Shown here in pieces: positions 1-10,184 of a stretch of 64,000 bases of DNA. Every line of letters begins with the position of its first letter. Position 1 is the stretch's first letter. The stretch lies in IMG/VR virus record IMGVR_UViG_3300008262_000001; one strand, written 5' to 3'. The position numbers and the translations under genes are program-made. Origin of the DNA: a virus (taxonomy: Duplodnaviria; Caudoviricetes). Under the pieces are notes generated by a model that was not told the origin of the DNA, did not search any database, and worked only from the letters and a program-made list of their open reading frames with translations.

Positions 1-57
1 AGAAATATTAGAATCGTGTGATCCGTAAAGTGAAAGAATCGAATTATTTAGTTGCAT
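1..57 (-). CDS. 5' end of a gene running off the window; possible NodU/CmcH-type carbamoyltransferase
   Basis: ATG at 57-55 overlaps the end of the upstream gene and reads MQLNNSILSLYGSHDSNIS to the window edge. IL..YGSHD resembles the N-terminal H-D motif of carbamoyltransferases. Only 19 codons are visible. Confidence 0.4.
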   Translation of the reverse strand, partial: MQLNNSILSLYGSHDSNIS

Positions 58-835
58 ATTTTTTAATTGTGTTTTCGACTCTTTTTTCGAAAGGCTGATC
101 TATTAAAGCGGATTGATAATTCTTTTCAATGCTCTCTAGCATAGATTGGTATTTATCATGATTTAAAGAAGTTAAAATTTGATCTAGTTCTTCTATCGTT
201 TCAAATTTTATTATACCTTTCTCTTCGTAAAAATCCCCAAGATTTGGACATCCCTTATAAATAGGAACGGTTTTAGTCATAAAACAATCAACGATTTTTT
301 CAGTGAACCAGTTTTTCATAAACTCATTTTCTATTACGATTGAAAACATATAGTTTTCTAGCCCTATCATTTTATTGGAGATTTCATTAAATCCCCTCCC
401 GTATAAATCAAATTTTCCTTTTAGTAGTTCTATTATTTTCATCCTTACTTTATGCCCGACAGCAAAGTTTTTGTCAGATGTTATGAAAGAAACAGTTTTG
501 AATTTGTCAAAGTCCGTTTTGATCTCTTTAATCCACGTGCCCCCAAAATAATTTAGTACAGAATTATCTAAATTTGTTAAAATAGATTCGTAATAACTAA
601 GAATTAAATTATACTTCCTTCCATTATTCAAAAGATACTTCTCTACTGAATAATTGTTTACTGATGGGGGTTCTGCTTGCACTGCAACTTTGAATATAGA
701 TGGATCATTAATCCAGATAGGGTCCGAAATGGGATCTATTTGTATCCCCACATTGGATTCATATAAACCGAAATATTTATCCGGGTCTACCCCCCATCCT
801 TTGAGTACTTCTCTTTGAACTATTGGTTTTATCAT
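44..835 (-). CDS. GT10-like (alpha-1,3/4-fucosyltransferase-like) glycosyltransferase
   Basis: FSIVIENEFMKNWFTEKIVDCFMTKTVPIYKG matches the GT10 F..EN...TEK...PIY.G motif. Confidence 0.75.
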   Translation of the reverse strand: MIKPIVQREVLKGWGVDPDKYFGLYESNVGIQIDPISDPIWINDPSIFKVAVQAEPPSVNNYSVEKYLLNNGRKYNLILSYYESILTNLDNSVLNYFGGTWIKEIKTDFDKFKTVSFITSDKNFAVGHKVRMKIIELLKGKFDLYGRGFNEISNKMIGLENYMFSIVIENEFMKNWFTEKIVDCFMTKTVPIYKGCPNLGDFYEEKGIIKFETIEELDQILTSLNHDKYQSMLESIEKNYQSALIDQPFEKRVENTIKKYATK

Positions 836-1770
836 ATTAGATTAAGATCTTTTTTTGCGTTATTGATTATATCTAAGCTAGCTGCTCCGTTACACCATCT
901 CTTGCCATTGTGATCATTCTGCTCCGAATAAGTCGACTGAGGGGTATTTAATCTTTCAGTGTTAAAGAAAAGATGAGAGAAAAAATTCCATCTATAATAT
1001 GCCCAATCGGCATATCCCTTTGGTGGAGCTGATAAATTATCAGCTACTGCTTTTCCTGAACCCACCCCCCCAAAATGTGCGATTTTTTTGCCACAATCAA
1101 AATTTAAATTCGACTCAAATCCGTTAAACTTAGATCCTTTCAAATCTATACCCCCATAGTTAGTAGTGTCCAGAAACCCTATTTTTCCACCATTTGATAT
1201 TATAGAGTGTGTGACAGGATCAAAGAAATCAAGTACTCTGTGGCCAGTTGGAGAAGCCCATCCTCCGCACATTCTTGTAAAAGTTTCAAAATCATAAGAC
1301 GGTATTTTAAGTGTATTGACCCCCATTAAATAGGTTGAAACACAATCAGGCGTATTATCGAGGCCTTTTACTCCACTTAAATTGTTTTTGTAAGGTCTCG
1401 GAGATCCGATTATATCATACCCATTTTGGAGCATTCCAATGATATCGCTTATTGATTCATCTTTAAAAAAACAGTCAGAATCTATATGTATAACATATTG
1501 ATTTGTATGTAAATCTCCTTTAAGTACAGAAGCGAATGCTAAGGCAGTACCCTGGTGTCCTGAAGACCATTTTTCTTTAGCAGATATATTGGTGTCCCAA
1601 TTAATTAAAATGTTATTGGGATGATTAATTATTTCACCGGCTTCAAGAAAATCCCTTGATGTCCCGATAATATGAATCTTGGTATCGTGATGTTTATGAA
1701 AAGATTCTAAGCATACAGATAAAATTTTTCCACAATTGAAAGCCTCAGTAAAAACAAATGTATTTTGCAT
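832..1770 (-). CDS. putative GT-A fold glycosyltransferase
   Basis: 312 aa; VIHIDSDCFF DxD motif; lies inside the glycosylation operon with overlapping start/stop codons. Confidence 0.45.
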   Translation of the reverse strand: MQNTFVFTEAFNCGKILSVCLESFHKHHDTKIHIIGTSRDFLEAGEIINHPNNILINWDTNISAKEKWSSGHQGTALAFASVLKGDLHTNQYVIHIDSDCFFKDESISDIIGMLQNGYDIIGSPRPYKNNLSGVKGLDNTPDCVSTYLMGVNTLKIPSYDFETFTRMCGGWASPTGHRVLDFFDPVTHSIISNGGKIGFLDTTNYGGIDLKGSKFNGFESNLNFDCGKKIAHFGGVGSGKAVADNLSAPPKGYADWAYYRWNFFSHLFFNTERLNTPQSTYSEQNDHNGKRWCNGAASLDIINNAKKDLNLI

Positions 1771-2387
1771 TATTTTTTTAAAAAATTATATTCAACAGTT
1801 TTCATCTCAATATCAGAGAAACCATCTCTCTGCCATGCTATAGGGGGGATAAATCCATAACAAGGTAATTTAGTTTGTATTTTTGATAAATGAACATCGA
1901 CTTCACTATTAAAAATATTAGGAGTATCAAATTCCTCTATCAAACAATCTAAAGCTGATTTTTTTACCAGATAACAATGGGTGGTATATGTTTTTTGTAA
2001 TCTGTGTATTTTTTGTGAAACCATTTGCGGGGCTATGCCGTTGTGATTTCCTCCAAAATATAAAAGGTTCCAATCTTGAGGTACTGATTGGATCTCGTTT
2101 AGAAATATCTCTATGAAATCAGGGGAAAAAACGACATCATCTTCAGTAATCATAAAAATTGAGCCTTCTACATTTTTTAAATATCTATATAAGTTCAAAT
2201 GAGACATGACACAACCAACGTGTCCTGGTTTTATAGTAGACTTAACGTTCAATTCGTGACCATCAACCCCGGTAAAAAATTCAAAATCTAAATTAAATTT
2301 TTTGAACTCCTGAAATGCTTCTGTCCTCCTATCGGACCTTCTTTCTAAGTTGACACAATAAATGTTATCTATACCAGGAATTTTCAT
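1770..2387 (-). CDS. GT25 family glycosyltransferase
   Basis: IYCVNLERRSDRR, GCVMSHL and ITEDDV are GT25 hallmarks. Confidence 0.8.
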   Translation of the reverse strand: MKIPGIDNIYCVNLERRSDRRTEAFQEFKKFNLDFEFFTGVDGHELNVKSTIKPGHVGCVMSHLNLYRYLKNVEGSIFMITEDDVVFSPDFIEIFLNEIQSVPQDWNLLYFGGNHNGIAPQMVSQKIHRLQKTYTTHCYLVKKSALDCLIEEFDTPNIFNSEVDVHLSKIQTKLPCYGFIPPIAWQRDGFSDIEMKTVEYNFLKK

Positions 2388-2388
2388 T

Positions 2389-3129
2389 TTATAATATAAT
2401 CATTTCTTTTCGATAAACCTGTCTCCAACCTGTACCTGAATAGCCTCTACCTACCCAATTATCCGGAGCATATATTTTTTTCGAAGGATTCTTTGATAGG
2501 TATGAACCCCACCAAGAAAAACTAGAATTAGCTATAATAAAATTTGAACACAAAGACATCTTAAATAAATCGATAAATTCATCAGTTTCTTCCGAGTATA
2601 AAAAATTAGAGGGAAATTGCTCTTTACACCAAGGGATATCGTCAGAAAATACCATAAAGTTCTTAGAAATATTCTTTAGATTCGATATTGCAGTATTGTA
2701 GTAACTTAAACTTGGAACTGGGTGATGTAAAGGAAAATTTAAATAATCTCCTCTTCTAACATGTATTGCAGTAAGTCCATCAAAGTCTGTCAAATAAACC
2801 TTAGATTTTATGACATCATTAGGATCAAATAAATCTACTATTTCCTTTTTATGACAAGAAAAATAGTTCTCGTTCTGGAAATATCCTATCAAATCAATAT
2901 TGTCAATCTGTGGGATTTGGGAATAACTAAAAGGATCCTTTTCCCTAAATTGAGTTAGCACTTGTGATACTTTGCCTGTCTTTATCGGTTTATCTAAATG
3001 CCTGTTATATTTCCACTCAGGAAAAATATAATCGTAGTTATATTTCATGCAGTGGGAAAAAACAGTCGAAATTTGGAAAAATTGATTCCCCATCTTACCA
3101 TGTTTTCCCAAGTTGCTAAATGTGATCAT
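2389..3129 (-). CDS. GT11 family alpha-1,2-fucosyltransferase
   Basis: GKMGNQFFQ, AIHVRRGDY, FSDDIPWCKE, IIANSSFSWWGSYL. Confidence 0.9.
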   Translation of the reverse strand: MITFSNLGKHGKMGNQFFQISTVFSHCMKYNYDYIFPEWKYNRHLDKPIKTGKVSQVLTQFREKDPFSYSQIPQIDNIDLIGYFQNENYFSCHKKEIVDLFDPNDVIKSKVYLTDFDGLTAIHVRRGDYLNFPLHHPVPSLSYYNTAISNLKNISKNFMVFSDDIPWCKEQFPSNFLYSEETDEFIDLFKMSLCSNFIIANSSFSWWGSYLSKNPSKKIYAPDNWVGRGYSGTGWRQVYRKEMIIL

Positions 3130-4033
3130 TGTTTAGATAGAATTCTAATACTGTTTTTATACTTGATTTTAAATCAGTAAATTCAAAATTAGGAGCAATT
3201 TGTTTTAATCTCGAGTTGGATCCATCCTTTCTAAAAATCCCGTCCGGCCCTTGACAATTGAACGAAATTTTTATCTTATTACAAGAAATCTCTTCAACTA
3301 TATCCGAATATTGCTTAAGTGTCAGATTATAGTCAGGTGTAAAATTAAAGGATTCTGTTATATCATTTTCAATGCAAAAATGGATTATCCTAGCCAAATC
3401 ATCATACGTTACAAATTGTCTGAGTACTTTTCCTGATCCAAACATCTCGAGATTTTTTTCACCAGATAAAATAGATTTTGCTGATTTATAAATTAATGAG
3501 GTCAAGAAATGCGTTTTGTCTGGATCATATGTTTCTTCGTTCCCGAAAAGATTACAAGGAATAATATAATTATACTGAGAAGAATGTTTTAAATTATAAA
3601 GTTGTGTCATTTCTGCTAGAAATCTTTTCGATAGTGCGTATCCTCGATTGGTTTTCTCAGGATCTCCGGAAAGAATATCTTCTTCTAAAATAGGATAATA
3701 TGGACTGATAGCTGGGTATACACATGTAGATAATATAGAAGTTAATCTCGGAATCTGTAATTCTATACATGCCCTAAAAACGTTCGTATTGATTAGGATA
3801 TTTTCATAAAAATATTCGAAAGGGTGTTCAATGTTGCTCTTGATACCACCAACTTTCGAAGCTAGATGCACAACTCTATATGGGTTTTTAGATTTAAAAT
3901 ATTTTAATGTAGACTCAAAATCTAAAAGATTTAGTTCCTTTTTTCCCTCTATGAATGTAGCATCTGGCAAAAGTCGATAAAGGCTTTTTCCTAAATGTGA
4001 GGTTCCGCCAGTAACCAATATTTTATTTCTCAT
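3116..4033 (-). CDS. fcl: GDP-L-fucose synthase (extended SDR epimerase/reductase)
   Basis: KILVTGG, VVHLASKVGGI, STCVYP, catalytic YALSK, IPCNLFG, GSGKVLRQF. Confidence 0.85.
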   Translation of the reverse strand: MRNKILVTGGTSHLGKSLYRLLPDATFIEGKKELNLLDFESTLKYFKSKNPYRVVHLASKVGGIKSNIEHPFEYFYENILINTNVFRACIELQIPRLTSILSTCVYPAISPYYPILEEDILSGDPEKTNRGYALSKRFLAEMTQLYNLKHSSQYNYIIPCNLFGNEETYDPDKTHFLTSLIYKSAKSILSGEKNLEMFGSGKVLRQFVTYDDLARIIHFCIENDITESFNFTPDYNLTLKQYSDIVEEISCNKIKISFNCQGPDGIFRKDGSNSRLKQIAPNFEFTDLKSSIKTVLEFYLNNDHI

Positions 4034-5153
4034 CCGTAACTAATTTTTCTATTGTTATATTGTAAAGCTCCTTAGCTATTTTGAGATAATGTTCACTTCC
4101 TGGTCTACATGATGCAAATAACTGGTATATGCGTTGCTCAAATCTTTCATATGGATTTTTTCCCCACCCAGGTGGATGCCAAAGATGGTAAAGATCAATT
4201 TTGGGATTTTCAAGTGATGTGAAATGATTAAGCTTTTCAACCTTATCCCAGAAAAATTTATCCTCAATAGAATATCCCCAGAAAAAATGAGGATCAAATC
4301 CGCCTACTCTATCGAAAAGATCTCTAGTAAGAGCAATTGATCCTCCAGGAGCTCCATAGACACCTTCTCTGAAATTTGATGTGTTTTTTGTGATTGGTGA
4401 TAAATCTCCTGTTGTAAAATATTCTTTAGTTGAATCTTCGTCCAAATAATTTACCTTTCTACCAGAAAATGCCTGGACAGCTTGGTTTTTTGATAGCTCA
4501 TTTAATAATGAACTATAGAAATTATCGGGAACTAATAGATCGCAATCGTGAAAATGGACATACTGAGACTGAGAAATGGCAACACCCAAATTATGACAGA
4601 TACATTTATTAAATATATTACCATTAGAATTAAGCCAAACATAATGAAAATTTGCAAGATTGGAAAACAAATCTTTATTGAAAATTGGAGCTTTAGAATT
4701 TTCAATAATTACAAATCCTATTTTAATATCTAATTTATCAGCAGAATCTATCAAAGAATTAAGTGTTTTTTCGAGATGTAGCCACCGCCCTCTAAAAGGT
4801 ATTATAGTTACTAAATCATAATTCTCTACCAATCTTGGAATACTTACATTTTTATAAGCGTTTAATACTTCAAGATTTTTTTCGACTGCTAAATCGCTTA
4901 TGTTAAATATATTTGTTTTAGGTAAGGGTTTTAAAAAAGGGAGATTATCATCTTCCCCTTTAGTAGTACTTAAATACAAAAGTTGATTAAAATATTGGGT
5001 TACTGTAGAATTTATCACTACGTTTATTTTTTCATTCGTAAAGTCAATTTCATTTTTATCTGCAACGTTATTCAGATTCTTACTTGGTATAGGTTTGGAC
5101 CTGTTGACGATTCTCCTTTTACCCTCCCTGGTGATTCTTTGTCCGTTATTCAT
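4023..5153 (-). CDS. GT2/GT7-like glycosyltransferase with a basic N-terminal extension
   Basis: IIPFRGR, NKCICHNLG, FHDCDLLV, GGSIALTRDLFDRVGGFDPHFFWGYSIED. Confidence 0.75.
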   Translation of the reverse strand: MNNGQRITREGKRRIVNRSKPIPSKNLNNVADKNEIDFTNEKINVVINSTVTQYFNQLLYLSTTKGEDDNLPFLKPLPKTNIFNISDLAVEKNLEVLNAYKNVSIPRLVENYDLVTIIPFRGRWLHLEKTLNSLIDSADKLDIKIGFVIIENSKAPIFNKDLFSNLANFHYVWLNSNGNIFNKCICHNLGVAISQSQYVHFHDCDLLVPDNFYSSLLNELSKNQAVQAFSGRKVNYLDEDSTKEYFTTGDLSPITKNTSNFREGVYGAPGGSIALTRDLFDRVGGFDPHFFWGYSIEDKFFWDKVEKLNHFTSLENPKIDLYHLWHPPGWGKNPYERFEQRIYQLFASCRPGSEHYLKIAKELYNITIEKLVTDEK

Positions 5154-5947
5154 ATTAGAGAAGGAGTACTTTTTTTTCCAACTTCCGCTCCTTTAATCCT
5201 TTCAACCAGAATCGCCTGATTTAAAGAACTGTATTGATTGAATAGCCTTTCGTTAGTTGGCATATTTCTGACATCTTTACCGAAATGACTTAGATGTGCA
5301 GCTTCGTAAGGAATTCTGTCCATAGATTCATCAGTTCTTCCTAATAAAAATTTAATAGTTTCTGTTGCCGCTTTATCTTCCCAGCCATATTTAAAAAAAT
5401 TCTCATTGTATCCGCCAAAAGTTTCCCAGAACCAGTTTCTGTTATAAACAAGAATAGCACCGAATCCACATCCGCGAGTCATTGATCTAAATTTGAATAC
5501 AGGGTCTCTGGGTCCATTTCCCTGCGTCCTAAAATAATTGAAATCTCTGTTTCTCAACCACACTGATGTTGGTGCTTCTGTATTACACCAATAATACGTT
5601 TCTGCTCCAGCGGCAAAGTTTCCCTGGAATTCAGATATTTTTTGAAAGTAATCTTTTTCAAAAACAAAGTCAGAATCCATTAAAACTAAGAGATCCCCTG
5701 TCGCCTCTTTCGCACCGACATTTCTACACCAGCTCAAATTGAAACCTCTATTCTGAGGATCCTTAATAGGTATATGCTTATAAAAAGGATTACCAACCTT
5801 GTAGAAATTATTATCTAAGGCCTGTTCAACAACAATGACCTCATAATCCTTAAAAGACTGTTCTTGTATACATCTTAAACATTCATTGAAGTTCCTGGTT
5901 CTTAAACCATCATTGCCTCCTGTAGGTAAAACAATAGATAATCTCAT
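5150..5947 (-). CDS. GT2 family glycosyltransferase
   Basis: LSIVLP, YEVIVVEQ, RNVGAKEATGDLLVLMDSD, GGYNENFFKYGWED. Confidence 0.75.
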   Translation of the reverse strand: MRLSIVLPTGGNDGLRTRNFNECLRCIQEQSFKDYEVIVVEQALDNNFYKVGNPFYKHIPIKDPQNRGFNLSWCRNVGAKEATGDLLVLMDSDFVFEKDYFQKISEFQGNFAAGAETYYWCNTEAPTSVWLRNRDFNYFRTQGNGPRDPVFKFRSMTRGCGFGAILVYNRNWFWETFGGYNENFFKYGWEDKAATETIKFLLGRTDESMDRIPYEAAHLSHFGKDVRNMPTNERLFNQYSSLNQAILVERIKGAEVGKKSTPSLI

Positions 5948-6681
5948 GTGTCAATTCCTAACTTTTTAAATAATAATTTACAGATCCATAGATTTTGTGA
6001 CAAGGGGCGGGGTAAATGACAATCTATATATTCCTCTGGATTATAGTCATTTTTTGGCCAAACTGCTTTATCTAATCTTCTTGAAGCATATTTTTCTTCC
6101 ACCCATCCTCTAGAAAGATGCTTCAGATGGATATGAATTTTAACTTTAGATTGATTATAAAAAAACTTCTGATCTGTTCCGAACCTTAAGTTCATTTTCA
6201 TAATTCTTCTGAAGAAGTGTTTATGATCTATGTCTTGGAGGTCTAACATATCAACAAAAGATCCAGGGTCTCCTGCTAGATAGCACATAGGATACTGGGG
6301 ATTAGTTTTATACCACCTATAATTAATTATATCAGAGCTATAAGAGACTATTCCATTACCAATCAGAGAAGCAGCTCCATGCTTATAGTAATCCTCAGAT
6401 ATAGGAAGCATATCAATATCTGATATTATGAAAGGACCATCCAAAATCTTAGCTGCCCAGAACCTTATACATTGCGCTTGTTGGTAAATCTGCCAATCTG
6501 GAATCGATTCAAAGAAAAATACTTTACCATATCTCGAAAGATCTTCAGAAGGAGTTTGATTTCCAATATACAAAAGTACAGGCTCGATCCCTATCCTCTT
6601 CCACATTTTTGCCACATAAGGCCAAAAATCTAAATACTCCGGATTTGAATCTGAACTAACAACAGCGTACTTTAATTCCAT
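5944..6681 (-). CDS. hypothetical protein, possible GT-A glycosyltransferase
   Basis: 245 aa; FIISDIDMLP DxD-like motif; operon context. Confidence 0.4.
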   Translation of the reverse strand: MELKYAVVSSDSNPEYLDFWPYVAKMWKRIGIEPVLLYIGNQTPSEDLSRYGKVFFFESIPDWQIYQQAQCIRFWAAKILDGPFIISDIDMLPISEDYYKHGAASLIGNGIVSYSSDIINYRWYKTNPQYPMCYLAGDPGSFVDMLDLQDIDHKHFFRRIMKMNLRFGTDQKFFYNQSKVKIHIHLKHLSRGWVEEKYASRRLDKAVWPKNDYNPEEYIDCHLPRPLSQNLWICKLLFKKLGIDT

Positions 6682-6683
6682 CC

Positions 6684-7307
6684 TTATTTCTTTCTAATTA
6701 TACCTCGAGAATGCAGATTATTTCTTTGAACATTACGGCTTTCTTGAAAATGTTCAATAACTGGATGAAGACCAGGATACATGTTCCTAGTGTGATCAAA
6801 AATAAACGTGTATTCCGGAGGCAGATTGTAATAAACCAGATCATTGAATTCACGATGTGCAGTTTGCATATTCTTCTGCTCCCAAGTTTCAGGTTTCATC
6901 CGCTCAGCAGGAGTCGACTCATTTAATTCTATCCACCTATTTACAAAACCTCTCACTTTGTCATTGTTCTTTAGAAACAAAGTACCAGAAAGGGCTTCAT
7001 CTTTCCTCCATCTAAAGTTTTCGGTCCGATAAGCTAGGTCACACTCCAAAGTTGCAATCAAACTCGGATAAGCCTTAAAAACTGCATCCACGTCAACACA
7101 AAGAAGATCCTGACTAAAGTTCTCTAAACACTGCTTAATAAAATAAGCTTTAAAATGTGTGTTCTTTTCCCAAGAACCCAAATCATCTATTCCCTGAATA
7201 TGATAAGGCAAACCAAATTCATCTAAAGACTGCTTAAGCTTTTGCGAGAGTTCTTCATATCTAGTAGATTTGGTGAAATATGCAATAATTAAAAAATTGG
7301 GGCTCAT
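6684..7307 (-). CDS. nucleotide-diphospho-sugar transferase (GT77-like)
   Basis: KAYFIKQCL, LLCVDVDAVF, SGTLFL, WEQKNMQ; first gene of the glycosylation operon. Confidence 0.6.
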   Translation of the reverse strand: MSPNFLIIAYFTKSTRYEELSQKLKQSLDEFGLPYHIQGIDDLGSWEKNTHFKAYFIKQCLENFSQDLLCVDVDAVFKAYPSLIATLECDLAYRTENFRWRKDEALSGTLFLKNNDKVRGFVNRWIELNESTPAERMKPETWEQKNMQTAHREFNDLVYYNLPPEYTFIFDHTRNMYPGLHPVIEHFQESRNVQRNNLHSRGIIRKK

Positions 7308-7456
7308 AGGAAACTAGATAATATATGGATCATAGCCCGGGATTTACTAGGTAAATATTTTAGACCGGTCCTGTAGGATAGTTTCAAAGAAAACTAAAAA
7401 TATTTCTACATGAAATAATTTAGGGTTTATCCATATATAAGTTATCGATATTTTCT

Positions 7457-8176
7457 GTGATGAAAGCGCTCAAGCCATATTGGTTTTTAGAAAGCCCAGT
7501 AGATACTGAACACAAGTTTTATGTTCTAATGGGATTCCTTTCGAAGATCAAGAAAAATTTTGATAAACCTGGTTTTGAAAAAGAATTTAAAGAACTCTTG
7601 CTTCTTAAAAAGGATTTGGAAAATTTTGATGTTAATACAGAATTTTCTCAGAAAACTATGGCAAAAATGCCAGATAAGGAGAGAGACTTGTTTTATACAA
7701 TACTTGACAATAATCTTGATAAGATTGAAGAAATAGATTCTATAGTTAAAAACTCAATTAAGACAATAGAAACGTTCCTTGAAGAAAACCAGTCAATTTA
7801 TGACAAGTATAATTCTCTAGTACAAATACAAACGCATTGTACTAGATACAATCTTTGGGACCAAGGATTCTTAATAGTTAGGAAACAGGGAGATGAGTTC
7901 ATGAAGGTCTTTACCTGGTTTTTCTCTGTTATTAAAATAGATCAAAAAGAAAACATAGCATTACTTATGACAGAAATGCTTGAACCTCCAATTGAAACAA
8001 CAACAGAAATGGAGGTCATAAAGAAATTTCTAAAAAAGAATATTAAGGATTTTTCAGCAATGCATGATTGTGTACTAGTTGCTGAGGTGTCACCAATCAC
8101 AGATATTGAAATTGGCGCGGAAATAGGCAAAGAAAAATCTATAGATATTATCCTCAAAAACTACAAGAACGATTAG
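7457..8176 (+). CDS. hypothetical protein
   Basis: 239-aa ORF with typical phage composition; no recognisable motif. Confidence 0.7.
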   Translation: MMKALKPYWFLESPVDTEHKFYVLMGFLSKIKKNFDKPGFEKEFKELLLLKKDLENFDVNTEFSQKTMAKMPDKERDLFYTILDNNLDKIEEIDSIVKNSIKTIETFLEENQSIYDKYNSLVQIQTHCTRYNLWDQGFLIVRKQGDEFMKVFTWFFSVIKIDQKENIALLMTEMLEPPIETTTEMEVIKKFLKKNIKDFSAMHDCVLVAEVSPITDIEIGAEIGKEKSIDIILKNYKND

Positions 8177-8727
8177 GCATTCTTTCCCCTAATTAAAGCC
8201 TTGAGTTCGTCACTTTCTTCTTGAGAAAATTCATATCTGTCAAAAGGAAATCTTCCAACTTCGTACATTTCTACTTTTTCGATTCCATTACGATCTTCCG
8301 TGACAACTTCTATTTTATTACCCTTTCTGTTGATATAGAAATCACCACTTGATCCATCTCTGAATGTTTTATTTCTTATAAATAATAAAGCTCCACCTGG
8401 CATTGTTAATTCGGGTTCGTATTCTCCAGCATCAATAATTCTTTCTATCTCGGGAACTATTTCAGAAATTAGTGCAAATGGCTTAGAAGCTAAATCTTCT
8501 AGATTCGAAATTCCAATATTTCTTGAAATAAATGATAAAATTTCTCTTTTGAGATGTGGTTTCTCTACAAAAATAGACTTTAGATCGTCTACAAAACTTT
8601 TGCTGCTATATCCATATCTCGGATCATTCGACGAGTGTCTGAACGGTAACTCAAAAGTTTGGTCTCTATTTCCGGCAGCAGAACTCTCAAACAAACTGAA
8701 TTGACTAAACGTTTTTATCTTTCTCAT
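8173..8727 (-). CDS. hypothetical protein with a capsid-targeting-like N-terminus
   Basis: 184 aa; starts MRKIKTFSQFSLFES. Confidence 0.7.
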   Translation of the reverse strand: MRKIKTFSQFSLFESSAAGNRDQTFELPFRHSSNDPRYGYSSKSFVDDLKSIFVEKPHLKREILSFISRNIGISNLEDLASKPFALISEIVPEIERIIDAGEYEPELTMPGGALLFIRNKTFRDGSSGDFYINRKGNKIEVVTEDRNGIEKVEMYEVGRFPFDRYEFSQEESDELKALIRGKNA

Positions 8728-9134
8728 ATTGGCCTTGATAGAGTTATTTTGATCCTGTCTTTGAAAGGCATTGATTTAGTTTTCGTAACATCCTTTCCTA
8801 CTTTAATCAATTTATCTTTAGAATAAACATCTTGCTTCAAACCTTGTCCTTGTGATAGCTGTGATGGTTTACACTCAATGTATGCTTCTTCCCCTTTTGG
8901 GATAATATAACTTGAATTCTTATTTACAATTAAAATGTCGCCAGGTAATGCTTTCATCTTCGTCCATACTGGTTCTAAAACCTCAACACCTAAGAAGCTT
9001 CCCCCAGGTTTATATTCTTCAACACATTCTATTTGGAATTCCTCTTTGACTTCGAAAAAACAACCATCTGCATCCAAACCATACTTGGTAGGATTCGTTT
9101 TAATAAATTGATCTATTTTTTCAATTCTCCCCAT
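8724..9134 (-). CDS. hypothetical protein
   Basis: 136 aa; GATATATA lies 6 nt upstream of the ATG. Confidence 0.7.
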   Translation of the reverse strand: MGRIEKIDQFIKTNPTKYGLDADGCFFEVKEEFQIECVEEYKPGGSFLGVEVLEPVWTKMKALPGDILIVNKNSSYIIPKGEEAYIECKPSQLSQGQGLKQDVYSKDKLIKVGKDVTKTKSMPFKDRIKITLSRPI

Positions 9135-9140
9135 TTCTCT

Positions 9141-9148
9141 TATATATC
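9141..9148 (-). promoter_or_regulatory. putative late promoter GATATATA
   Basis: 6 nt upstream of the ATG at 9134. Confidence 0.6.
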
Positions 9149-9167
9149 GGATTTCGTCTATTAAAAT

Positions 9168-9175
9168 GATATATA
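9168..9175 (+). promoter_or_regulatory. putative late promoter GATATATA
   Basis: 19 nt upstream of the ATG at 9195; back-to-back with the 9141 copy. Confidence 0.6.
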
Positions 9176-9194
9176 CAATAAAAGTCTACGAACC

Positions 9195-9902
9195 ATGGTA
9201 ATAAGAAAATATTCCCAGTTTATCTCAGAATCTAAGAAAGCTTCAGGCAACCAATCGCAAGACATGGCTATCTTAGAAAATGAATATCTTAGAATGAAGT
9301 CCGAGGGCTTATCTGAACAAGAGATAAACGAAAACATATTTAGTTCTATTTTAGGTTCGCTAGGAGGAGGTTTTACTGACACTTTCAAGGATTATGTTAT
9401 TGACTGGGCAGCTGAAAAATTGGGTATTGATCCTTTCGATGATCAAGGTCAGCCTTCATTCTTTTATCAATTGATAAGAAACGTAATTGAAGGAGTAAAT
9501 ATTACTGAACTTGGAAGTTACTTCGGTAAAGGATCTTGTAAAAACTGGGCAAGAGCAATCGTAGAGGGTTTATCAGAAACTTTGCAAGAAAGGGGAATAG
9601 ACTATTTGTTACCAAAACTAGGTCTAAGACTAGATATGAATTCTGGACTAGGAGCAACAATCGCTGCTGGCTTAAGAGAAGCTTTAACTAATGCTATTAA
9701 CAACACTGGTTTCATGAACAATGTTGAAAATATGATTGGCGATAAAATCTGTGGTTTTAATCTTGGTGATATTCTTTCAGGTAGCATAAATCAAGGTGAC
9801 AAACAAAAACTAGCAGGAGAAATTGAAAAAGCCGAAACAAGAGATCCTAACATTTTCCAAAAGGCAATGAAAACAGGATTAACAGACGTTCTTCAGTTCT
9901 AA
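9195..9902 (+). CDS. putative head-internal protein
   Basis: 235 aa; starts MVIRKYSQFISES and contains INE; late-promoter motif upstream. Confidence 0.6.
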   Translation: MVIRKYSQFISESKKASGNQSQDMAILENEYLRMKSEGLSEQEINENIFSSILGSLGGGFTDTFKDYVIDWAAEKLGIDPFDDQGQPSFFYQLIRNVIEGVNITELGSYFGKGSCKNWARAIVEGLSETLQERGIDYLLPKLGLRLDMNSGLGATIAAGLREALTNAINNTGFMNNVENMIGDKICGFNLGDILSGSINQGDKQKLAGEIEKAETRDPNIFQKAMKTGLTDVLQF

Positions 9903-9917
9903 ATTATTAAATATAAA

Positions 9918-10184
9918 ATGAATCAAAAAAACGTAACAAAAAGGGAAATCCTAAGTTATAAAGATTTTCTAAAAGTTATACAAGATCCATGGAATCCAGA
10001 AAATCTTAGTAAAGAGGATAGAACAGGATTTCATAAAATAACACCAGAAGAAGCTTATGCTTATGTTGGTTTCCAGGATTCTATATTCAAAGGACAATCA
10101 AAAATTGATTATCCAGGATATGGAGCAACTGAAACTGGCAGCGCACAATCAATAGGTCTAACAGAAAAAAATCAAAACAGATGA
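9918..10184 (+). CDS. hypothetical protein
   Basis: 88 aa; stop overlaps the next start (ATGA). Confidence 0.65.
   Translation: MNQKNVTKREILSYKDFLKVIQDPWNPENLSKEDRTGFHKITPEEAYAYVGFQDSIFKGQSKIDYPGYGATETGSAQSIGLTEKNQNR

Noticed and set aside
8377-8384. Canonical T4 late promoter TATAAATA
   Set aside because: This copy and the few others seen lie inside genes on the non-coding strand, not upstream of starts.
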